Assembly (NCBI GenBank): GCA_965200295.1
Contig: OZ241347.1
Location: forward strand, 2,615,272-2,679,271
Length of the DNA: 64,000 nt
Source: Gammaproteobacteria bacterium
GTDB lineage: Bacteria > Pseudomonadota > Gammaproteobacteria > Eutrophobiales > Eutrophobiaceae
Direction: 5' to 3'
Shown: piece by piece, positions 32,194 to 44,022 of the stretch
How positions within the stretch are numbered: position 1 is the stretch's first letter
Layout: each line of letters begins with the position of its first letter
Notes under the pieces: model-generated
Database searches by the model: none
Seen by the model: only the letters and a program-made list of their open reading frames with translations
What the model was told of the DNA's origin: nothing
Position numbers and translations under genes: made by a program

Positions 32194-33513
32194 TCACACC
32201 CGAGGCGCAGATAACGCTTGCCGGTAAACTCGCAAGGCCCGTTCCCGGGCGGCCTTGTGCTCGACCATGGGCGGCGGATAGTCCGGGGAATCGTATTCGG
32301 GCACCCAGCGGCATATATATTTTCTGTCTCGATCGAACCTGTCGGCCTGGGTGTACGGGTTAAAAATTCTGAAGTAGGGCGCGGCATCCGTGCCGGTGCC
32401 TGCCGCCCACTGCCAGCCACCGATATTGCTTGCCGGTTCGTAGTCCAGCAGTCGCTCTGCAAAATAACGTTCACCCCAGCGCCAATCGATGAGCAGGTGC
32501 TTGCTGAGGAAACTTGCTGTGATCATGCGTAACCGGTTGTGCATGTGCCCACTCTGATTCAACTCGCGCATGCCGGCATCGACCAGTGGGAAGCCGGTCA
32601 TGCCGGCACACCACTTGTCAAATTCCGCGCGATTATTTCTCCATTCAATGGCATCGTATCCGGCATTGAAATTATGGGTTGCCGAGCGCGGGAAATGACG
32701 CAGAATCGCCTGATAGAAATCGCGCCAGATCAGTTCGTTCAGGTAGGTTTCATTGCTTTGCACAGCCAGTGCAGCCAAGGCCCGCGCGCTGATTGTGCCA
32801 AAGCGCAGGTGCACACCCATACGCGTGGTGCCATGCAGAGCGGGAATGTCGCGCATTTTGTGGTAGTTGCGGATGATGTTGCGATCCGGTTGGCGCGGTG
32901 GAAATTCAATGCCAGCCGGCTTGAAGCCCAACTGATGCAGGCTGGGGAGCGGCGCAGCGGCGCGCGGCAGCCAGTTGTGTTGTGCCGCGGATGGAAATGG
33001 CAGCAACTGCCGGTCTGTCAACCTGTCCTTCCAGGCCTTGCTGTAGGGTGTATAAACGAGGTAGGGGGAGCCGTCTTTTTTCAGTATTTCGTTCCATTCG
33101 AATAACGTATGGTCTTTTACGGTGGTGAACGGAATGCCCTTGTCCTGCAACAATGCGCCTATTGCCTGATCCCGGTGCGTGGAGTATGGCGTATAGTCGC
33201 GGTTCGCCCAGACTGACCCAATGACGTAATCGGCACACAATGCCTGCCACACCTCAAGCGGGTTGCCGATTCTGACGTCCAGCGCGGCGCCGCGCACTTG
33301 CAGCTCACCTTGAAGCCGGGACAGTTCCCGCTGAATAAACTCAACGCGGGCATTTGTTTTGTGTTTGATCCCGTTCAGGATATTGCTGTCAAAGATGAAT
33401 ACCGGCTGCACCGGGCCTCGTTCCCGGTGTGCGTGATACAGCCCGCAGTTGTCTTCCAGCCTGAGATCCCGCCTGAACCAGAAAATCGTTACTTTGCTTG
33501 TCTGTGTTTGCAT
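32194..33513 (-). CDS. phrB: deoxyribodipyrimidine photolyase (class I CPD photolyase/cryptochrome family)
   Basis: N-terminal [13 protein letters not shown]; FAD-binding C-terminal domain ([14 protein letters not shown]). Confidence 0.85.
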   Translation of the reverse strand: MQTQTSKVTIFWFRRDLRLEDNCGLYHAHRERGPVQPVFIFDSNILNGIKHKTNARVEFIQRELSRLQGELQVRGAALDVRIGNPLEVWQALCADYVIGSVWANRDYTPYSTHRDQAIGALLQDKGIPFTTVKDHTLFEWNEILKKDGSPYLVYTPYSKAWKDRLTDRQLLPFPSAAQHNWLPRAAAPLPSLHQLGFKPAGIEFPPRQPDRNIIRNYHKMRDIPALHGTTRMGVHLRFGTISARALAALAVQSNETYLNELIWRDFYQAILRHFPRSATHNFNAGYDAIEWRNNRAEFDKWCAGMTGFPLVDAGMRELNQSGHMHNRLRMITASFLSKHLLIDWRWGERYFAERLLDYEPASNIGGWQWAAGTGTDAAPYFRIFNPYTQADRFDRDRKYICRWVPEYDSPDYPPPMVEHKAARERALRVYRQALSAPRV

Positions 33514-33544
33514 TGCTGAACATCGGTCGGACATTTGAATATAA

Positions 33545-33587
33545 GGCCACCTCTAAAAATGCCACGGAGGGCATTTTTAGAGGTTCC
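33545..33587. repeat. short palindromic element (ggccacctctaaaaatgccacggagggcatttttagaggttcc) between the divergent phrB and argC
   Basis: canonical 14-bp-arm form with a 7-nt loop. Confidence 0.8.
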
Positions 33588-33647
33588 CATAATATGGGGA
33601 TAAGGTTATCATCTCAACTGGCACACAGATTTCAGGCATGTGACAGA

Positions 33648-34679
33648 ATGATCAGGGTTTCCATAGTTGGCGCAACCGGTTATACCGGCGTTGAATTGGT
33701 GCGTCTGCTGGCCACACACCCGGAGGTGGAGTTGGCGGCAGTCACCTCCAGGGGTGAACGAGGCAAACCTGTTGCCGACATATTTCCCTCACTGCGCGGG
33801 GTGATCGACCTGGACTATTCCGATCCGGAAGACGCAGCGCTGGCTGACAGCGATGTGGTATTTTTTGCAACGCCGAACGGCACGGCCATGCACCAGGCCC
33901 CGGCGTTGCTCGAGGCGGGCGCCAAGGTCATTGACCTGTCGGCGGATTATCGACTGCGCGACCCGGCGCAATGGGAGCATTGGTACGGTCAACAGCACGC
34001 CAGCCCCGGTTATTTGGATGAAGCCGTGTACGGGTTGCCGGAAATGAATCGGAAACTGATCGGCCAGACGCGCCTGGTAGCTAACCCTGGTTGCTACCCG
34101 ACCGTGGTGCAACTGGGTTTTATGCCGTTGCTGGAAAACGACCTGGTGGCAACTGATAGCCTCATCGCCGATGTCAAGTCCGGCGTCAGTGGGGCCGGTC
34201 GCAAGCTGACGCCGGCCACTCAGTTCTGCGCCGCCGCCGAGTCATTTTCCGCATACGCTGCCGCCGGCCATCGTCACTTGCCGGAGATTAAGAACGGGTT
34301 GTCTGCGATGACCGGAGATACGGTCGGTCTGGTTTTTGTGCCGCACCTGCTGCCCATTATTCGCGGCATACATGCGACCTTGTATGCCCGGTTGCAAGAC
34401 CCCGGCACGGATCTGTATGAGCTCTATGCCCGACGTTATGCCCGGGAACAGTTTGTTGATGTGCTGCCGCAAGGCGCGCATCCCGACACGGCCTCAGTTA
34501 AGGGTTCCAATTCCTGCAGGATAGCCGTTTTTCAACCCCAGGGAGGCGCCACGGCCGTTGTGCTCGCGGTGGAGGATAACCTGGTAAAGGGCGCTGCGGG
34601 CCAGGCAATCCAGAATATGAATATATTGTTCGGTCTGCCCGAGGCGACTGGCCTGACGCAAATCGCGCTGTGGCCGTGA
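33648..34679 (+). CDS. argC: N-acetyl-gamma-glutamyl-phosphate reductase
   Basis: internal ATG ([14 protein letters not shown]); the upstream in-frame extension only reads through the repeat element. Confidence 0.9.
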   Translation: MIRVSIVGATGYTGVELVRLLATHPEVELAAVTSRGERGKPVADIFPSLRGVIDLDYSDPEDAALADSDVVFFATPNGTAMHQAPALLEAGAKVIDLSADYRLRDPAQWEHWYGQQHASPGYLDEAVYGLPEMNRKLIGQTRLVANPGCYPTVVQLGFMPLLENDLVATDSLIADVKSGVSGAGRKLTPATQFCAAAESFSAYAAAGHRHLPEIKNGLSAMTGDTVGLVFVPHLLPIIRGIHATLYARLQDPGTDLYELYARRYAREQFVDVLPQGAHPDTASVKGSNSCRIAVFQPQGGATAVVLAVEDNLVKGAAGQAIQNMNILFGLPEATGLTQIALWP

Positions 34680-34710
34680 CCGAATTGAACGCGCGCGAGG
34701 TGATGGGTTT

Positions 34711-35433
34711 TTGCAGAACTTCACCATAAAACCACAGCGCTCCTGGCGTGCTCGGGCGCTGTTACTGCTGGCGCTGATAACGTTGCCGCCCTTGTTGTTA
34801 TTGATTTTCTTAGGGCGAGTGGATGTCGATTGGAAGCTGACCTTGCCGCGGGGTTTGGTCGGGCAGACCTCCCCTGAGGAATTGCTTGCTGAAAACGTCC
34901 GCCTCAAGGAGCAACTGCTGGCGCTGGAGCAGAACAGCCAGGTAGATAAGCAGGCCGCAGCCCTGTTGCAGCAGGAATTGGTCGAGGCCCAGGAGCAGAA
35001 CTTCCGGTTACGCCAGGACCTGGAGTTCTACCAGGGGGTCATGGATGTCAAAAATGATAAGAATTCACCGTTGATACAAGGGGTTAGAATTAAACCGTTG
35101 GCGCAAAACAACGGTTATCGACTGGAATTGATACTGTTGCATATCACCAATAAAGACAAACTGTTTGAAGGGGTGCTGGATATTGTGCTGGCAGGTGTTC
35201 AGGATGGTGAAACGAAGCGACTGCCGTTACGCGGGATCAGCCTTGACCATAACAAGGATTACGCGGTGAGGTTCAGGAATTTCCAGCGCTTCGAGAATAA
35301 TTTTGTTCTGCCAGATGAATTTCAAGCGCAGAGTATTGTGGTAACCGTATCCATCAGTGGACAGGAAGAGGGCAAACTGGAGAAAATGTTTGATTGGCCA
35401 ACAACTAACGGGGAGGCTGAAAATGTTGGGTAG
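34711..35433 (+). CDS. membrane-anchored coiled-coil protein (DUF6776-like) encoded next to bactofilin
   Basis: TTG start; N-terminal TM helix then Q/E-rich coiled coil; overlaps the following bactofilin gene by 11 nt. Confidence 0.5.
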   Translation: MQNFTIKPQRSWRARALLLLALITLPPLLLLIFLGRVDVDWKLTLPRGLVGQTSPEELLAENVRLKEQLLALEQNSQVDKQAAALLQQELVEAQEQNFRLRQDLEFYQGVMDVKNDKNSPLIQGVRIKPLAQNNGYRLELILLHITNKDKLFEGVLDIVLAGVQDGETKRLPLRGISLDHNKDYAVRFRNFQRFENNFVLPDEFQAQSIVVTVSISGQEEGKLEKMFDWPTTNGEAENVG

Positions 35434-35839
35434 TAGCAAAAAGCAAAAAGCTGCAAAAATCGTCTCGTTAATCGGGGACAACACTGAAATTAACGGCGAC
35501 ATAAGGTTTGCCAGCGGCTTGCATGTGGATGGTATCGTCAGGGGGAACATTGTCGCGGAAGACAACGACAAGTCGGTATTGTCCCTCAGTGAGCAGGGGA
35601 TGATAGAGGGAGAGATACATTCTCCTTATAACATTATCGACGGAACGGTGAATGGCAATGTGCACAGCAGCGAACATATTGAGCTCAAACCCGGGGCACG
35701 CATCACCGGCGATGTCTATTACAACATGCTGGAGATGTCCGGCGGCGCCCAGGTGAGTGGCCGGCTGATCCACACCCAGGCCGACGCTGAGACCGCAGCA
35801 CGGACTGTGGAGCCGGATTTGGATAGTGACTCTCTCTGA
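35423..35839 (+). CDS. bactofilin (DUF583/CcmA) cytoskeletal protein
   Basis: internal ATG (MLGSSKKQKAAKIVSLIGDN...); beta-helical bactofilin repeats with IDG/ING spacing. Confidence 0.8.
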   Translation: MLGSSKKQKAAKIVSLIGDNTEINGDIRFASGLHVDGIVRGNIVAEDNDKSVLSLSEQGMIEGEIHSPYNIIDGTVNGNVHSSEHIELKPGARITGDVYYNMLEMSGGAQVSGRLIHTQADAETAARTVEPDLDSDSL

Positions 35840-35908
35840 CGCGTGCGCGTCAAGTAGCGTTTCGCATCATTGATGTTGCGCGGCAACAAAACAGCGTATA
35901 TACTGCAC

Positions 35909-35935
35909 GGGCGCCTCTGATTTTTAGCGGCGCCC
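35909..35935. repeat. diverged short palindrome (gggcgcctctgatttttagcggcgccc) upstream of the TBDR
   Basis: same GC-clamp/AT-core architecture as the repeat family. Confidence 0.5.
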
Positions 35936-36025
35936 TTAGGATAGCAGCTTGCGGGCGATGACCAAGCTGTGAACACCTCAACACAGCCCCCTGGGGCATT
36001 TTGCAACCTACATGGTAATAAAATC

Positions 36026-38317
36026 ATGCACAAATCATATTTCATTTCCACCCTGTTGGGTGCTGCCGCCGTTCTCACAGCCGTTACGGTCACGGCCCAG
36101 GAGCAGGGTTCCTTGTTGGAAGAGGTGATCGTTACCGCCGAGAAACGTTCTGAAAGCCTGCAAGACTTATCCCAGGCTGTCACCGCACTGTCGGGTGAGG
36201 AAATAGATAACCGCAACCTCACTACCTTCGTGGACCTGAGCAGCATTGCCCCCGGCGTGACGGTCGCCAAGAACGAGGGCTTTAAGACCGTCATCGCCAT
36301 CCGCGGTGTGGGCAATGAGGCCAACCAGAATGCAATCGCCAACCCTTCTGTTTCCTACCATCTGGACGGCATCTACGTGGCCTCGCCGTATGCCTTGCAG
36401 ACGGATTTTTTGGATCTGGAACGCATCGAAGTGTTGCGCGGGCCGCAAGGCACTCTGTTCGGTCAGAACTCTACCGGCGGCGCCATCAACGTGATCACGA
36501 AGGCGCCGGATACGGAGGAATTTTCCGGCAAGGCTGACCTCACCGTGGGTAACTACAACCTGATACGGGCGCGTGGTTCGGTCAATATCCCCATCAGTGA
36601 TACCCTGGCTCTGCGCGCTTCGGCTGCGTCTCATAACCATGACGGTTTCAGTAGAAATATTACCCTGGACCAGGGGCTGGACCAGGCCGACAGTTTCTCC
36701 GGGCGGGCGCGCCTGCTGTGGGCGCCTGCGGACAACCTGCGTTTTAATCTCACCGCCCAGTATTACGATGAAAACACCAACGGCGCCGCGCAAAAAGGCC
36801 TCCTTGACACCACCCCCAACCCGCGCCGGCTGCGGCAGGACTGGGATAACAGTTACCAGCTGGAGAGCCAGCTTTACAGTCTGGTCGCGGAATGGGACTT
36901 GCCCGTGTTCACGGTCAAATCATTGACCAGCTATCAGGATGACGATGTAGCCGTAGTGCGCGACAACGATCGCCATGACTTCGGCGACCTGATCAGTCGG
37001 GGCACCTTCCTGCTGCCCTCGATCTTCGACCCGGAGTCCAACCGGCAGAAGACCTTTACCCAGGAACTCAATCTGATTTCCTCCGAGCCCCTGTTCGGCA
37101 AGCTGGACTGGACGGCCGGGGTGTTCTACCTGGATACCGAGGTGGACATCTTCATTCGCGAGTACCTGGACTTCAACACCGACGGCGTTTATGGCCCCGG
37201 TACGGTGACCGTGGAGGAGGTGCTTGCCTTTGGCGGCGAGGTTGGCTTCATCTCCGATTCCAAACCGCAACGGGAATCGATCTCCGTCTATGGTCAGGGC
37301 ACTTATAACCTTACTGACTCCTTACGCTTGATCGCCGGCCTGCGCTATACCGACGACGAAGTCTATTCCGAGGTGACCAACTTCTTCGGCCGCGGCGGCA
37401 CCGCCATACTGGAAACCAGCAGTGACAAGCTCACCGGACGCGGTGTGGTGGAAATGGACCTGAACGACACCACTATGGTTTATGCCTCTTACACGCGCGG
37501 CTTCAAGCCGGGTGGCAGCAACCTGACCTACGGTCGCGAAGACATCATCGCCCCCATAGTCGTGCTGCCCACCTACGCCGATGAAACAGTCGATGCCTGG
37601 GAGCTCGGTATCAAGACCGACTTTGCCGACAACCGGGTGCGTGTGAATGCCGCGGCCTTTTATTACGACTACAAAAATCTGCAATACCAGGCCACTGACC
37701 CGGAGCTGTTTGAAGGTGGAGTCGGTAACCTGCCTGCGTCCGAAATCTATGGCGCCGAACTGGAGCTGCTGGCTTTCATCACTGACAGCCTGACCCTGGA
37801 CGCGCGTCTGGCCTGGTTGGAAACGGAGATTACGGAGTCGCATCTGGCCCTGGACAACGTGCGCTCCGACGACGCCACCAATGCACTGTTGGCGCAAGGC
37901 GCCAATCAATTTTCCGATGAGGTGCAGCGCGCCCGCGCCGCCGCCGTTACCGACGTGAAGGGCAATGAACTGGCCAAAACCCCCAACTTTACCGCCGATG
38001 TGATGCTGCGCTACCGCGGCCGCTTGGGTGATTGGGGCGGTTTCTCTGCCAGCGCGCAATACATCCATCGGGACGGTTTCCAGCACCGCATCTTCAATAA
38101 CCCCAGAACCGATGATGTGCCCAGCTATGACGTTGTTAATCTGATGCTGACCATTACCCCGGACGGGTATCCCTGGTACGTCGAACTGATGGGCATGAAC
38201 CTGACGGACGAGGACGGCATCAACGCCCGCTTTACCGATGTGTTTGGCGTTGGCGCCACCGGCGACGAACTGATCGCACCTCGGCAGTACATGGCGCGCT
38301 TCGGGGTTGAGTTTTAG
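36026..38317 (+). CDS. TonB-dependent outer-membrane receptor
   Basis: signal peptide; TonB box/plug region (EEVIVTAEKRSESLQD); C-terminal ...ARFGVEF. Confidence 0.85.
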   Translation: MHKSYFISTLLGAAAVLTAVTVTAQEQGSLLEEVIVTAEKRSESLQDLSQAVTALSGEEIDNRNLTTFVDLSSIAPGVTVAKNEGFKTVIAIRGVGNEANQNAIANPSVSYHLDGIYVASPYALQTDFLDLERIEVLRGPQGTLFGQNSTGGAINVITKAPDTEEFSGKADLTVGNYNLIRARGSVNIPISDTLALRASAASHNHDGFSRNITLDQGLDQADSFSGRARLLWAPADNLRFNLTAQYYDENTNGAAQKGLLDTTPNPRRLRQDWDNSYQLESQLYSLVAEWDLPVFTVKSLTSYQDDDVAVVRDNDRHDFGDLISRGTFLLPSIFDPESNRQKTFTQELNLISSEPLFGKLDWTAGVFYLDTEVDIFIREYLDFNTDGVYGPGTVTVEEVLAFGGEVGFISDSKPQRESISVYGQGTYNLTDSLRLIAGLRYTDDEVYSEVTNFFGRGGTAILETSSDKLTGRGVVEMDLNDTTMVYASYTRGFKPGGSNLTYGREDIIAPIVVLPTYADETVDAWELGIKTDFADNRVRVNAAAFYYDYKNLQYQATDPELFEGGVGNLPASEIYGAELELLAFITDSLTLDARLAWLETEITESHLALDNVRSDDATNALLAQGANQFSDEVQRARAAAVTDVKGNELAKTPNFTADVMLRYRGRLGDWGGFSASAQYIHRDGFQHRIFNNPRTDDVPSYDVVNLMLTITPDGYPWYVELMGMNLTDEDGINARFTDVFGVGATGDELIAPRQYMARFGVEF

Positions 38318-38332
38318 GGAGTTTTTTTGGCG

Positions 38333-38366
38333 CCCCTGAAAATGCCCGTCCGGGCATTTTCAGGGG
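38333..38366. terminator. diverged palindrome cccctgaaaatgcccgtccgggcattttcagggg directly after the TBDR stop (bidirectional hairpin)
   Basis: 14-bp perfect stem in the repeat-family style; likely acts as a terminator. Confidence 0.45.
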
Positions 38367-38384
38367 ATGCTACAGCAGTTACAG

Positions 38385-38526
38385 GGCGCCTCTAAAAATT
38401 AGAGGCGCCCGTGCAGCATAAGGATATGCTGCCATTTTTAAGCACGTTAGTGCTTGAAAATGAAGGAAACGAAAAATCATACTTTTTCGTTTCCGTCCCT
38501 AAAAATGCCATGAATGGCATTTTTAG
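38385..38526. repeat. long composite palindromic element (five consecutive hairpins, ~142 bp), + orientation
   Basis: near-identical to 51573-51720 and to the reverse complement of 12204-12322. Confidence 0.85.
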
Positions 38527-38531
38527 GTTGC

Positions 38532-39848
38532 CTACAGATCAATAAACAGGAAGCGGGCCAGGAAAATCAGCGCCAACAACCACACCCCCGCGCTGATATC
38601 TGCCCGCTGCCCGCGTGCCAGTTTCATGCTCACGTAGGTGATGAAGCCCACCGCAATGCCGTCCGCGATGGAAAAGGTCAACGGGATTGCCACGATGGTG
38701 AGCAGCGCCGGGAGCAGTTCGGTGGCATCGTCCCAATCCAGCGCTTGCATGCCGCTCAGCATCAGTAACGCGACATAGATCAGGGCGCCAGAGGTGGCAA
38801 ACTCCGGCACCATGCGCGCCAGCGGCGCCAGGAATATGGCCAGCAGGAACAGCAGGCCCACCGTCACCGCGCTCAGTCCGGTGCGGCCGCCGCCGGCAAT
38901 ACCTGCCACGCTTTCCACGTAGCTGGTGACCGGTGTGCAACCCAGGCCGGCGCCGACTACGCTGGCGCAACTGTCGGCCTTCAACGCCCGGCTCAGGTTC
39001 TGTACCCGGCCGTCCTCGTCCACCAGGCCGGCGCGGTGGGCGACGCCCATCAGGGTGCCGGTGGTGTCGAACAGGTTCACGAACAGGAATGCCGCGATGA
39101 TGCTGACCATGGCTACGTCCAAGGCGCCGATAATATCCAGTTGCAACAGGGTTGGCGCCAGGTTCGGTGGCGCCGACACCAGCCCCTGGTAGTTGGTCAG
39201 CCCGGCCAGCAGGCCGACGCCGGTCAGCGCCAGGATGCCGAGCAGGATGGCGCCGGGCACGGCGCGCACGGCCAGGCTGGCGATCAGCAGGAAACCCAGC
39301 GCCGCCAGCATGGGCTCAGGCCGGGTCAGGTCACCCAGGGTCAGGATAGTGGCAGGATTGGCGACCACGATGCCACCGTTCTGCAGGCCGATAAAGCCAA
39401 TGAACAGGCCCACGCCACAGCCCATGGCCAGACGCAGGTTCATGGGGATGCTGTTCAGCATCCAGGCACGCAGGCGGGTGACGCTGATCACCACGAACAA
39501 CACACCGGACAGGAACACCGCACCCAGGCCCACCTGCCAGCTGTAACCCAGACTCCCGACCACCGTGTAGGTGAAGAACGCGTTCATGCCCATGCCCGGT
39601 GCCAGACCCACGGGCCAGTTTGCGTATAACCCCATGATCAGGCAAGCCAGCGCCGAGGCCAGACAGGTTGCGGCAAAACTGGCGCCGTAGTCCATACCCG
39701 CAGCCGCCATCAACTGCGGGTTGACAAAGATAATGTAGGCCATGGTAACAAACGTGGTGCACCCGGCCAGCAGTTCCACGCGCACGCTCGTGCCGTGTGC
39801 GGCAAGCCGGAAACGGCGTTCCATAAAGCCGGAGATTATATTCGTCAT
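38532..39848 (-). CDS. NCS2-family nucleobase permease (AzgA/GhxP-type adenine/guanine/hypoxanthine transporter)
   Basis: 438 aa; ~13 TM segments; N-terminal TTFVTMAYIIFVNP typical of the AzgA clade. Confidence 0.8.
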   Translation of the reverse strand: MTNIISGFMERRFRLAAHGTSVRVELLAGCTTFVTMAYIIFVNPQLMAAAGMDYGASFAATCLASALACLIMGLYANWPVGLAPGMGMNAFFTYTVVGSLGYSWQVGLGAVFLSGVLFVVISVTRLRAWMLNSIPMNLRLAMGCGVGLFIGFIGLQNGGIVVANPATILTLGDLTRPEPMLAALGFLLIASLAVRAVPGAILLGILALTGVGLLAGLTNYQGLVSAPPNLAPTLLQLDIIGALDVAMVSIIAAFLFVNLFDTTGTLMGVAHRAGLVDEDGRVQNLSRALKADSCASVVGAGLGCTPVTSYVESVAGIAGGGRTGLSAVTVGLLFLLAIFLAPLARMVPEFATSGALIYVALLMLSGMQALDWDDATELLPALLTIVAIPLTFSIADGIAVGFITYVSMKLARGQRADISAGVWLLALIFLARFLFIDL

Positions 39849-39904
39849 GACGCCAGCGCTTTTTGCAAGGGCGGCAAACCAGGGTGTTGGCGCTGTTCCG
39901 GTTG

Positions 39905-41265
<1,361 letters not shown>

Positions 41266-41269
<4 letters not shown>

Positions 41270-41556
41270 TGTCCTTCACCCTCTTTCTTCCTGAACATGG
41301 ATAACATGCGGTTGGTCACCATGTAGCCGCCCACCACGTTGATGGTGGCAAAGGTGACGCCCAGAACGCCAAGCACGGTCGCCAGTTCGGCGCTGCCGGC
41401 GCCGGCGGAGCCAAGCGCTCCGACCAGGGTGATGCCGGAGATGGCGTTGGCGCCGGACATCAGTGGCGTATGCAAGGTGGCGGGTACTTTACTGATCAGT
41501 TCAAAGCCCAGGAATATGGCCAGGACCAGGATGAAGGTGAGATAGACGGCTTCCAT
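41266..41556 (-). CDS. pntAB: NAD(P) transhydrogenase alpha subunit, part 2 (membrane segment)
   Basis: 96 aa; three TM helices; split-alpha arrangement. Confidence 0.85.
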
Positions 41557-41566
41557 TGATGGCTCC

Positions 41567-42700
41567 TCAGCGTTGCAGGTTCTTGATGGTGTCGTTGACG
41601 ATGGCGCCGCCGTGGGTGATCAGGCAGCCTTTGATAATGTCGTTGTCCTGGTCCAGCGCCAGCGATTTGTTGTCTTTGTCCCAGTATTCGTTCACCATGT
41701 TGAACAGGTTGGACGAATACATTGCGCTGGCGTCCCGGCACACGAAGTTGGGCCAGTTGCCGTGCCCGATGATGGCGACCCCGTTGACGTTGACTTCCTG
41801 ACCGGCCACCGAGCCTGCCACATTGCCACCGGTTTCCGCGGCCATATCCACGATAACACTGCCCGGCTGCATGGCTTCGACCATGTCCCGGGTGACCAGC
41901 ACCGGCGCCTTGCGCCCGAATACCTGCGCGGTGGTGATGACAATATCGGACTCGGCAATGGCGGCCTTCTGCCCCAGGCGTTGTTGCTCAATTTGTTCCG
42001 GGGTCAGTTCCTGCGCGTAGCCGTCTTGGGTCTGTCCTGTTTCGCCCAGGTCGATCTCCAGGAATTTGGCGCCTACTGAACGCACCTGCTCGGCCACCAC
42101 CGGGCGGGTGTCGAACGCGGTGACCTTGGCGCCCAACCGCTTGGCTGTGGCAATGGCTTGCAGACCGGCGACGCCGGCGCCGATTACGAACACCCTGGCC
42201 GGCTTAATGGTGCCGGCAGGCGTCATCATCATGGGTAGCAGGCGGTCCAGCCGGTTGGCGGCCATCATCACTGCGACATAACCGGCCAGATTAGCCTGGG
42301 AGCTGAGCGCGTCCATCTTCTGCGACAAGGTGGTGCGCGGAATCATTTCCATACTGATGGCGCTGACCCCCTGTTGCGCCAGGGCCGTCACCAGTTCGCC
42401 TTCGTTGAATGGGTCCAGGTAGCTGATATGAATGCAGCCCTGTTTTAGCTGTCCTACCTCGTCGGCATCCGGCTTGCGGATACGCAGGATAATGTCGGAC
42501 TGTCCCAGCAGGGCGCTGCGGTCGGAACTGACCCCGGCGCCAGCGTCGGTATAGTCGGTATCGGTAAAGCCGGCGCCTTGCCCCAGCGCGGCCTCAACGG
42601 CGATATCCGCACCCAGTTTAACCAGTTTTTTTACCGTATCGGGCACCAGCGCAACCCGATTTTCTCCCGGATGTGTTTCCTTCAGTACACCAATTTGCAT
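41567..42700 (-). CDS. pntAA: NAD(P) transhydrogenase alpha subunit, part 1 (dI, alanine-dehydrogenase-like)
   Basis: 377 aa; Rossmann motif VFVIGAGVAGLQA. Confidence 0.9.
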   Translation of the reverse strand: MQIGVLKETHPGENRVALVPDTVKKLVKLGADIAVEAALGQGAGFTDTDYTDAGAGVSSDRSALLGQSDIILRIRKPDADEVGQLKQGCIHISYLDPFNEGELVTALAQQGVSAISMEMIPRTTLSQKMDALSSQANLAGYVAVMMAANRLDRLLPMMMTPAGTIKPARVFVIGAGVAGLQAIATAKRLGAKVTAFDTRPVVAEQVRSVGAKFLEIDLGETGQTQDGYAQELTPEQIEQQRLGQKAAIAESDIVITTAQVFGRKAPVLVTRDMVEAMQPGSVIVDMAAETGGNVAGSVAGQEVNVNGVAIIGHGNWPNFVCRDASAMYSSNLFNMVNEYWDKDNKSLALDQDNDIIKGCLITHGGAIVNDTIKNLQR

Positions 42701-42798
42701 AATAAGCCCCTCTGGCAGGTTTGTTGCTCATGCTATCATAGAGAAGAACGGGAAACTACCCGGATACGGCAGGCGCGGCGCAGTGTGTGACAGGACAA

Positions 42799-42842
42799 GG
42801 GCGCCTCTAAAAATGCCACGGAAGGCATTTTTAGAGGTTGCC
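42799..42842. repeat. short palindromic element (gggcgcctctaaaaatgccacggaaggcatttttagaggttgcc)
   Basis: canonical form; lies between the pnt operon and the ATP-grasp gene. Confidence 0.8.
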
Positions 42843-42964
42843 ACAAGTGACTTGAGCGTGTAGCTGCAGTATAATGGTTCGGCATCGCTACTGCAGCGCC
42901 GTTTTCGATACCCGCTGACGCAAGTAAATTCCCGCACCGGAATAAAACCCGTAACGAGCATGAC

Positions 42965-44020
42965 ATGAACAAAGGTACAGGAACAAGTTCTCTCCACCCG
43001 CGTTGCCTGCAAATTTCCCAGGTCCATAAGGATACCTTGCACTTCCTGTTCCTTGCCAAACACGCGCTCGGCAGCGGCTTGCCCGATGCTGAAGATGGCA
43101 ACCACGCGGTGTACCACTACGACATCCTGCAAAAACTGCGCGGCATCGGTTTGCGGGTCACGCCGGCGAACACGTTTGAGGCGCTGTACGGCAAGCCTGA
43201 TTTTGATTTTTTGATTACGCTGTTCAACCGCGCCGGTTTCAGGAACAGCGAAATGTTTGCGCCGCTGTTTGGTGAGTATCATCGCATCCCCTATCTGGGC
43301 GGCTCGCCCATTGTGCGCGGGGTCTCCGATGATAAACACGTGACCAAGCGCATCGTGCAGGCCTTAGGGATTGCTACGCTGCCGTGGAAGTATTACCCCA
43401 TGGGCGGTCTGGATAATGCCGCGCCTGAGTTCGGCCCCGACTTTCACGACCATGCGTTCATCGTCAAGCCCAACGCCAGTTCCGGTTCCTGGGGCGTGCG
43501 CCAGCTTGCCTGCCGGAATGAAGCGGCGCGGCATATTGCAGAGCTGCACGGGCAGGGCCATGACGTGATCGTGGAGCCCTGCATCGACGGCGCTGATTTT
43601 GCCGTGCCCGTCATTGGCGCGCGCAAGCCCTGGATGCTGCCGATCATCCAATACCAGTACGCTCAGGGCAACATGCGCACTTACGAGCAGAAGCGCGGCC
43701 TGCTCCATGAACATACCCCAACCGAGTGTGTGACGCTGAATGACGCGCGCCTGGAACAGCGGTTCCACCCGCCGTGCCGGCAGATTATCGCCGAGTTCTG
43801 GCCGTTCGACCACGCCCGCATCGAATTTCGGGTGGACAAGCGCACCGGCCAGGCCTATTTCATCGAAATCAACCTGAACTGCAATCTGGCCGCAGACAAG
43901 GCCATTGCCGTCAGCGCCGCCAGCTTGGGCGTCAGCCACGAGCAGCTTATCGAGACGGTTATCTGTAACAGCTTGCTGCGACAGGGCGTCATCAGCGAGG
44001 TTGCAACGATCGCGGCCTGA
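42965..44020 (+). CDS. ATP-grasp domain protein (D-Ala-D-Ala-ligase-like fold), function unknown
   Basis: 351 aa; C-terminal ATP-grasp signatures (IVEPCIDG, FIEINLN); no obvious ligase N-domain. Confidence 0.55.
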   Translation: MNKGTGTSSLHPRCLQISQVHKDTLHFLFLAKHALGSGLPDAEDGNHAVYHYDILQKLRGIGLRVTPANTFEALYGKPDFDFLITLFNRAGFRNSEMFAPLFGEYHRIPYLGGSPIVRGVSDDKHVTKRIVQALGIATLPWKYYPMGGLDNAAPEFGPDFHDHAFIVKPNASSGSWGVRQLACRNEAARHIAELHGQGHDVIVEPCIDGADFAVPVIGARKPWMLPIIQYQYAQGNMRTYEQKRGLLHEHTPTECVTLNDARLEQRFHPPCRQIIAEFWPFDHARIEFRVDKRTGQAYFIEINLNCNLAADKAIAVSAASLGVSHEQLIETVICNSLLRQGVISEVATIAA

Positions 44021-44022
44021 AC

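Noticed and set aside
33498-33647. Upstream extensions of argC and other ORFs containing EGIFRG or HGGHF-like peptides
   Set aside because: These are translations of the palindromic repeat element (ggcatttttagagg), not protein sequence. The recurring peptide motif is a repeat artefact.
35841-36025. Possible cobalamin or other riboswitch upstream of the first TonB-dependent receptor
   Set aside because: No B12-box-like or other recognisable riboswitch consensus could be found by eye. Only a diverged repeat-family palindrome is present.
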